From a virus: 64,000 bases of DNA. The position numbers and the translations under genes were made by a program. Below the pieces are notes generated by a model. It was not told the DNA's origin. It did not search any database and saw only the letters and a list, made by a program, of their open reading frames with translations. How positions within the stretch are numbered: position 1 is the first letter of the stretch; the number at the start of each line of letters is the position of its first letter. The stretch lies in the IMG/VR virus record IMGVR_UViG_3300045988_079613; one strand, given 5' to 3'. Shown piece by piece: positions 57,992 through 64,000 of this stretch.

Positions 57992-58963
57992 TTAGGCAGC
58001 AATGAAGTTTTCGATACCTTTTGCTACAATAGAAGAAGCAAAACCAGTTGAATGCTTAACATACAGTTCAGTAGTAAGCGGAGTGGTTTTGATGTATTGA
58101 TTATCATTACTCAGATACTTATTATCGTTTTCTACAGTAATATAATCGTAAGTAGCATCTTGCTCTACCATTCTATCTTGTACTACTTCAGGATAAGCTC
58201 CAGTAAATACATGACCTTGGTAGCCCATATAACGTACTTCAGCGTCACGTACTTGTTTCCAGTAACCTTTACCAGGATTACCAGGAGTTTTAACAATAGT
58301 AGCACCAGGGATAGCGTCAGGCTGATTACTCAAAATAGCACCAGGAATAGTAACATACAGACTAGCTTCCATATCTACTACAGAATATTCATTCAATGAA
58401 TATACACCGTTATTGTCATCTTTTTCCATTGCAGTTAAAGTGATAACTGCAGCAGATGCAGACGCATTAACTCTACGGTTAGCATGTTTGTTAATCTTTT
58501 TAACGATAGCAGCAGCTAAGTCAGCAGCAGTAGTGTTAGCAGCAAATACTTCGTATGTGTGCGTAAACTGACCCGGAGCTTCATACATGTCTTTATATAC
58601 TATTCTTAGTACATATCTATGACCTGCAATGATAGTAGCATTAGTAAGAGTAATAACGATCTTGTTCTGAGCTGGAGCTACATATTCTCCAATAACTGCA
58701 CTTGGATTGGAATTCTTCTGAATTTCATTACCAAATTTAATATTAGCCTTATCAGCTACCTTACCATCAGGCATAGTAACTTTTACTTTATTCTGAGCTA
58801 CACCTATATACAAAGAAGTAGCCTTAGCTGCATCAGTAGCAGTTTTGATAATAGCTCTATTCTGGTCAAACAGAGCAACATCACCCGCAGAAAGTGCATC
58901 AGCAGTAGTATAAGCTGACGGAAGATTTTTACCGATCAAAACGGTATTTACGTGTTGAATCAT
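57992..58963 (-). CDS. abundant virion structural protein candidate (323 aa, TAG-free)
   Basis: Uninterrupted, Ala/Thr/Val-rich, higher GC. It has its own upstream intergenic region and a strong terminator. Confidence 0.65.
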   Translation of the reverse strand: MIQHVNTVLIGKNLPSAYTTADALSAGDVALFDQNRAIIKTATDAAKATSLYIGVAQNKVKVTMPDGKVADKANIKFGNEIQKNSNPSAVIGEYVAPAQNKIVITLTNATIIAGHRYVLRIVYKDMYEAPGQFTHTYEVFAANTTAADLAAAIVKKINKHANRRVNASASAAVITLTAMEKDDNNGVYSLNEYSVVDMEASLYVTIPGAILSNQPDAIPGATIVKTPGNPGKGYWKQVRDAEVRYMGYQGHVFTGAYPEVVQDRMVEQDATYDYITVENDNKYLSNDNQYIKTTPLTTELYVKHSTGFASSIVAKGIENFIAA

Positions 58964-59060
58964 TTTAAAATTTATTTTTAGTTTAACATAAATGCGCGCT
59001 CATGTAAACTTAGTTCATGTTCTACTTTCCTTATTTCAGATTTCCACGTTCATGAACGCA

Positions 59061-59726
59061 TTATTGTTCATCAGATTTCTCTGATCTTTGTGTTGAAGCA
59101 GCTTGTGCTATATACATATTTACAGCCGCATCTACAATTTCCTAATGAGTATGCTCAGGTAATTCTGTGTACTCTTTGGTTAAATTCTAACCTATATTTT
59201 TTGCAGACCTTAGAAAAGTGAGGGTATATTTGTGAATAGCATAATTACCGTCAGTATACAATACAATATTGTTTTCTGTTTGTAGTCTAACTGGTCTGGC
59301 CTAATTATGATGTAAGTGATATTCCGAAAGACTGTTTTCCAATATTCGATCTATCGTTTCAATAGTAGCTTCAATAACATCTCTAGTTTTAGTTATTAAG
59401 TTAGGACATTTATTATCAAGTATTTTAATCTAAACTTCTTCACCTAAACTGAATAAATAATTGTTGGGATATTGTACTATCCACTTGTTATCCTATACTT
59501 TAAAGTCTAAGGAATTATACGTATTTGTCTATACTAATGTACGTAACTTATCAGATAATTCTTGATTCTATTGAAATACTCTATATACCTGTTTTACGTA
59601 TTCATCTTTAGCTTTATTGATATAGAAGAATATAGTGTCTGAAGGTAACTTTACCTTTAGATTATAACCAGGAACTATAGTACTCAACTATCTTTCAAAT
59701 GCTATTTGAAATTCTCTTTCTGTCAT
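59061..59726 (-). CDS. hypothetical head/neck-module protein (221 aa)
   Basis: ATG 59726 lies 2 nt after the upstream TAA. TAG read-through to TAA 59061-59063. Only the start and the C-terminal ~35 codons were checked codon by codon; the interior was read once without coordinate checks. Confidence 0.45.
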
Positions 59727-59728
59727 AA

Positions 59729-60427
59729 TTATTCAGATAATTGGTTTAACTGTAATTTACTAGAGGTTCTTTGAGATTCAATATTTTCTAATGCTAACAC
59801 TACAGCTCTATTTATTACTTCTGACATTACATCATCCGGTAAATCTAATTCACCGTCTAGATTAGTATAGTCAAATTGAGTAGGTTTCTTTATATAAGTA
59901 ATATTTATTGCATACTTATTATTAGATGGAGCGTATTCGGTTTGTTGCATCAATATTGGATCAACGTACAGTAACATTTTATTATCCTCTAATACTACCA
60001 CAGGTACCTCTACCCAAGGTATATTGTTATACGTCTGTTTGAATAACATTGCAGTATTATGATCAACAATCATGCAGTTAGCAAAATTATTACCATACTT
60101 TAGTGTTACTGCCCATATTGTTACTCTATTCCCATCATCATGCACATTATCTAATACAAATTCATTATATGCATTCTTCTACATTATTAGATTTTCATCT
60201 GTACGTATGAGCTTATCTAATTCAGATATTCTCTATAATGATCCTTCAAAACCTAACTTTAGTATATTGTTACCACTTATTTTGTTGCTTATTACATCAT
60301 CCTAAGCCTAGTTAAGAAATAAATCTATCTCCTAAGGTAGGAATGCAGGAGCTCCCCCAAAGGCAACTCCCTAAGCATTCTTATCTAGGATAACTTTAAA
60401 CTAAATATGTGCAGTACGGTTATTCAT
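59729..60427 (-). CDS. head-tail adaptor-like protein (232 aa, 7 TAGs)
   Basis: Hand-translated. EIDLFLN-TAG-A-TAG-DDV and FEGSL-TAG-RISELDKL read as FLNQAQ and SLQR, resembling adaptor/neck protein motifs (from memory). ATG shares a base with the upstream TAA (TAATG). Confidence 0.4.
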
Positions 60428-61179
60428 TATTTAGACTTAATTTCATTTAAGATTGCCATCTTAATATCATTATTCTTCTTATCTTTTAAATAAGCTATTA
60501 CATCTTCCAAACCATTACCAATCAGATCTGTACCAAAGTAATATTGAGCCCTATTCTTTCTAATGATATTCTTTGCAATAGCTTCTTCAATTACAAAGTT
60601 TATTTCTTTGTTTGGGTTTTCTACCCATTTAAGTATATAAGATCTAGGATCTTTTTCAATCTGTTCTGTCAATTTAGCTTCAATAAGCTCATTAGACATG
60701 TTTTCAGATCTAATTCCATAAAGTCTTAAACACTTGCGCATGTCTTCAATAGACATCTTATCCATTTCTCTATACGCTTCACGTTTGATCTTATTGATCT
60801 TATTAGCTTCTTCAGCTTCACTGTTCTTGTTAATAATAACATAATCAGTAGCAGGTGTTATTTTATTCAACCCATTTGCCACTCTCTTATGTCCTTTAAG
60901 GAACAGATATTTTAGTTCATCTTCAGGTTTATCGGTATCAAGTAATACATCCTTTTTACCAATCTTAATGGCAAAAGTATCCCAATAGTTACTATTAGGT
61001 GCCAAATTACCTTCTGCAAAACCTAATTCTTTTTCTAATCTAGCTGCATCTTCTGCAGTTAAACCAGTATATAAATTACCGGATCTAGTCCAGTATGAGC
61101 TTACATAATCATAACATGTAGGCCATTTTGTAATCCCTGTCCAAGGATTTGATTTAATTATTCTAACGATTATTTCCAT
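60427..61179 (-). CDS. hypothetical capsid-module protein (250 aa, TAG-free)
   Basis: Uninterrupted ORF between the HEG and the adaptor-like gene. Confidence 0.6.
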   Translation of the reverse strand: MEIIVRIIKSNPWTGITKWPTCYDYVSSYWTRSGNLYTGLTAEDAARLEKELGFAEGNLAPNSNYWDTFAIKIGKKDVLLDTDKPEDELKYLFLKGHKRVANGLNKITPATDYVIINKNSEAEEANKINKIKREAYREMDKMSIEDMRKCLRLYGIRSENMSNELIEAKLTEQIEKDPRSYILKWVENPNKEINFVIEEAIAKNIIRKNRAQYYFGTDLIGNGLEDVIAYLKDKKNNDIKMAILNEIKSK

Positions 61180-61183
61180 AATA

Positions 61184-62197
61184 TTAAATATTAGATTGTT
61201 CAGTTAGTTGTTCTTTATATTTCCAGATATACTTAGCGTTATTCCACGCTCTTTTGTTATTGGGGTCTATAGGATTTTGTAATTGCCTTTGAATTCCTCT
61301 TCTATCACAGTTGGATATTCTACTAGCTTCAGAGATAGAAACATACTCCGTTATCAAATTATTATTTTTATCATATTGACAAATAGATTTAGCTACCTTT
61401 AACCCATTTTCTATAGCAATTTGTCTTTGCTTTTCTGTAACTTTTCTATTTTTTCTTGATTCTAAGTCTGCTTTTCTACAAACTTCAGAGATAGTTGGTT
61501 TCCAATTAGGATCTTTAGCAAATAAACTAGAAGGGACAGTAGTTGGTACGTCAGGATAATTCTCTTTATACACCCATATATATGGGTTTACTTTAGATTC
61601 TGTAATATTCTTTCGCTTCAATGCATTCGACAAAGTAGTAGTATGTATTCCTGTTAGTCTAGAAGCCTCGTTTACTCCTGAAAATTCTTGAATAAAATTA
61701 CCTTCTTTAGTATATTGTAATACTGCTTTTTTTCTAGTACTACCAATCTGGCCGGATTCCCAATAAGCTTTTCTTGCATCAGTTACTACTTTACCAGCTT
61801 CTGACAGCTTTAACCTAGTAGTTTCTGTTATTTCTCTTCCTAAAGCTTTCTGACGAATTTTATCTTTAGTTTCTTCAGTATGTTGTCTACCGAAAGTTCC
61901 ATCACCCCCTTCAGTCATATTATAACCAAATTCGTCTTGTATAGAATTATATTTAGAAATATAATATTGTTCTTTTTCTGTGAGTTCTTCCCAATTGTTG
62001 CAGAAATCCACGAGTTCTATTGAAAAGCTCTCTTTACCGTACTTTCGTATAGCGTTGTGTAATTTAAAAGGACAGCCGTGCTCGGCATTGTAGAGGTGTT
62101 CTTTCCACCGAGCACTTACTCCTTTACTTGTAATTCCTATATATACTTTATTATTAATCTTGTTAGTTATTTTATAAACATCGTAAGAATGCATCAT
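61184..62197 (-). CDS. GIY-YIG homing endonuclease with NUMOD3/IENR-type repeats (337 aa, TAG-free)
   Basis: VYKITNKINNKVYIGIT...RWKEH is a GIY-YIG core. GRQHTEETKDKIRQKALGRE looks NUMOD3-like. Two IENR-like modules end in IWVYKE and IWKYKE. Confidence 0.8.
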   Translation of the reverse strand: MMHSYDVYKITNKINNKVYIGITSKGVSARWKEHLYNAEHGCPFKLHNAIRKYGKESFSIELVDFCNNWEELTEKEQYYISKYNSIQDEFGYNMTEGGDGTFGRQHTEETKDKIRQKALGREITETTRLKLSEAGKVVTDARKAYWESGQIGSTRKKAVLQYTKEGNFIQEFSGVNEASRLTGIHTTTLSNALKRKNITESKVNPYIWVYKENYPDVPTTVPSSLFAKDPNWKPTISEVCRKADLESRKNRKVTEKQRQIAIENGLKVAKSICQYDKNNNLITEYVSISEASRISNCDRRGIQRQLQNPIDPNNKRAWNNAKYIWKYKEQLTEQSNI

Positions 62198-62278
62198 AAT
62201 ATATAATTTTTAGTTATACATTATATAACGCAGAACTTGCCGCAAGGTTCCTAATAATTGTATAATAAAGTTAGTTTA

Positions 62279-63748
62279 TCACTCAGCTTCCATGATCAGT
62301 TCCCCACACGCACGTGGATCCCTTAACATTATTCCCATTTCTCCAAGGAAGAATACAGTATAACCATCCTTACCATTAGATCTCAGAGTATTCTTAGAGT
62401 TTGCATAACCAGACGGAGCAACTGCACCACCAGTATACCAAGTAACAAACTCGCGATCTTTACGAACTACTTTTACGATGTTAGCTTCACCATCACGTCT
62501 ACCAAGATCTAAGAATGTCATACGATATGACTCTAGAGGTTTCAACGTAACAGGATGTAATTGACGATTATAAGTAACATCATCATACAACGGGAAGTAC
62601 TTCAGAGTCAATTCAATACCATTAGTCATTTTGTAAGTCTTAAACTGACCACCAAAAGTAAGATTATCACCAGAACCTGTAACAAATACTGTGTCAATAA
62701 GATTCATATTGACCATCTTTTCTTTCAAGATTCTATCAAATTCTCTCATACCCATCTCACCGGTCAATGCAACAAACTTACGTTCATTAGTACCAAGTAC
62801 ATTATATGACAGATCAAATAAGAAGTCTTCTAATAAGGCTGCAGTAAGTCTAGTATAGTAACGTTTGTTAGACGGAGCAATCTGTTCCAACAAACCAGCA
62901 CCCATAAATACAGGACGCCCGTTAGTACCTTTCAGATTACAAGTACCATCTTTGTTTACATTGTTCTTCATGTAAACCAACATTCTTTCACATCTCTTAT
63001 ACCACTCTCTCATGGCAACCCATTCTTGGTAGTCTGCCCACAGATAAGATTTCTTACCTGTCTTAGGATCCTGCAATGCAATAGCCATTACTGTAGAATA
63101 AGCTGAACCAGTAATATCATAATTGATACGAATTGTAGTCAAATAATTACGCATCTTAAATGCAGTATTATAGTTCAGGATATCACCTTCTTCACTATAT
63201 TCTTCTACAGCAGAAGCTAGACGTGACACTTGGCAACCAGGTTTCAGGTATTCAGCAGGAATATAAGAAGTAGGTTGGCCGTCTGCAATATAACAGGTAT
63301 AAACCCATAGATTGCCATCTTGGTAAGGAGCACCTGCAACACGTACTTGGAAGTCTTTGTTATCAAATTCCAATACAGCAGTAGGTCCAAACCAATTATC
63401 TTCCAGCCACAACATGATTGGAGTATTACCCAAACCAGCTGTAGTCGTATCTGTGATGGCTGCGCCATTCCATTTAGCATCTCTAATTGTTACTGCTCTG
63501 TCAGCGTCAATCATTACATTCCACTCCCAACTAGGCTGATCAATGGTCATCACATTACCAAGACCACCAGTGAGCATATCCAAAGAAGTGTTGTAACCAT
63601 TATCTTTAGTACCAAATACATAAGACAATACGGTAGCAACCTGATACGGATTCTATTGTGAAGCTGCTGAAATTTTAGCAGTATCAATCAGATCACTGAA
63701 CCACTTGCCTTTGTACAAAACCAAATTGTTTAATATATTGTTATCCAT
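62279..63748 (-). CDS. major capsid protein candidate (489 aa, single TAG at 63653-63655)
   Basis: The track ORF starts at an internal TTG. The frame extends through one TAG to ATG 63748 (MDNNILNNLVLYKGKWF...). Size and position fit an HK97-fold MCP of crAss-like phages. Higher GC, HEGs on both sides. Identity is inference. Confidence 0.55.
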
Positions 63749-63753
63749 ATATT

Positions 63754-64000
63754 TTAGTTATTATTTTTAAATTTCCAAATAAAATTTTTTACTGTTTTAT
63801 ATCGTCCACTACATGCTCTAAGAATGTCTCTAGCATAAAACTATTTTAATCCTAAAGAGTATGCCGCTTCAGTAGCACTATCGTGTTCTCTTATGAATAC
63901 TCCGTCAAGTGTAAATTGTAATACTGGAATACGTCTACTTAAAGTTTTCCTATATTTTCCAGTGCCATAATTAACATTATACTTAGCATCACACCATTCT
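63754..64000 (-). CDS. homing-endonuclease C-terminal DNA-binding module (partial, runs off the window; 1 TAG)
   Basis: ...VLQFTLDGVFIREHDSATEAAYSLGLK-TAG-FYARDILRACSGRYKTVKNFIWKFKNNN-TAA has the same IENR-like module as the other two HEGs. TAA 63754-63756 lies 5 nt before the capsid-gene ATG. Confidence 0.5.

Noticed and set aside
62231-62250. Hairpin after the capsid gene as a rho-independent terminator
   Set aside because: The stem is short with a bulge (GAACTT..AAG-G-TTC) and is not followed by a T-run on the minus strand. Too weak to call.
2815-63480. Alternative-frame minus-strand ORFs (2815-3186, 4099-4284, 4595-4801, 37632-37961, 43809-44003, 52586-52768, 54977-55243, 63244-63480)
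   Set aside because: Each is nested within, or antisense to, a stronger CDS in another frame (primase, AAA+ ATPase, phosphatase, 37678-38280, collagen-like fibre, giant fibre, capsid gene).
7116-63661. Plus-strand ORFs overlapping the minus-strand genes (e.g. 7116-7331, 10590-10865, 11759-12148, 17189-17566, 18971-19225, 31747-32133, 44114-44410, 48318-48752, 58052-58399, 63320-63661)
   Set aside because: They lie antisense to much longer, motif-bearing frames. Their composition is Leu/Ser/Phe/Ile-rich and low-complexity, typical of shadow ORFs in AT-rich DNA, and they lack sensible start contexts.
1-64000. Lysogeny/integration module, rRNA genes or CRISPR-Cas components
   Set aside because: No integrase, excisionase or repressor motifs, no rRNA-like sequence and no repeat-spacer arrays were seen on either strand.

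Overview
Strongly AT-rich, gene-dense phage DNA with a crAss-like (Crassvirales-type) layout. A short plus-strand replication/recombination module (32-6824) holds a Sak4-like ATPase, an SSB-like protein, a TOPRIM primase, PD-(D/E)xK nucleases, an AAA+ ATPase and a metallophosphatase. It converges at a bidirectional terminator (6830-6860) on a ~57 kb minus-strand virion/late module (6857-64000). Main observation: under the standard code the minus-strand genes look shattered, but they are interrupted only by TAG. Reading TAG as sense (best fit Gln, code-15-like) restores long ORFs that end in TAA/TGA right next to the following ATG. One of these is a 4,487-codon ORF (11275-24738) with about 78 in-frame TAGs (hand count) and the DFDID catalytic signature of crAss-type virion RNA polymerases. 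The window also holds a complete diversity-generating retroelement (39570-42075): a reverse transcriptase, a 98-nt TR/VR pair with adenine-specific mismatches, and a TAG-free tail-associated target gene. The RT gene itself carries TAG at the invariant Gln of the DGR-RT (I/L)GxxxSQ motif. Other content: three GIY-YIG/IENR-type homing endonuclease genes (two flank the putative major capsid gene), collagen-like and very large repeat-containing tail fibres, a holin-like/TM coiled-coil pair, TAG-free islands suggesting mosaic origin, a single in-frame TAA splitting an otherwise continuous ORF, a tRNA-like remnant, and several repeat/hairpin elements. No canonical suppressor tRNA(CUA), integrase, rRNA or CRISPR array was seen. 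All coordinates for TAG-readthrough genes come from hand translation and may be off by a few nt. Product names other than motif-supported ones are inference.
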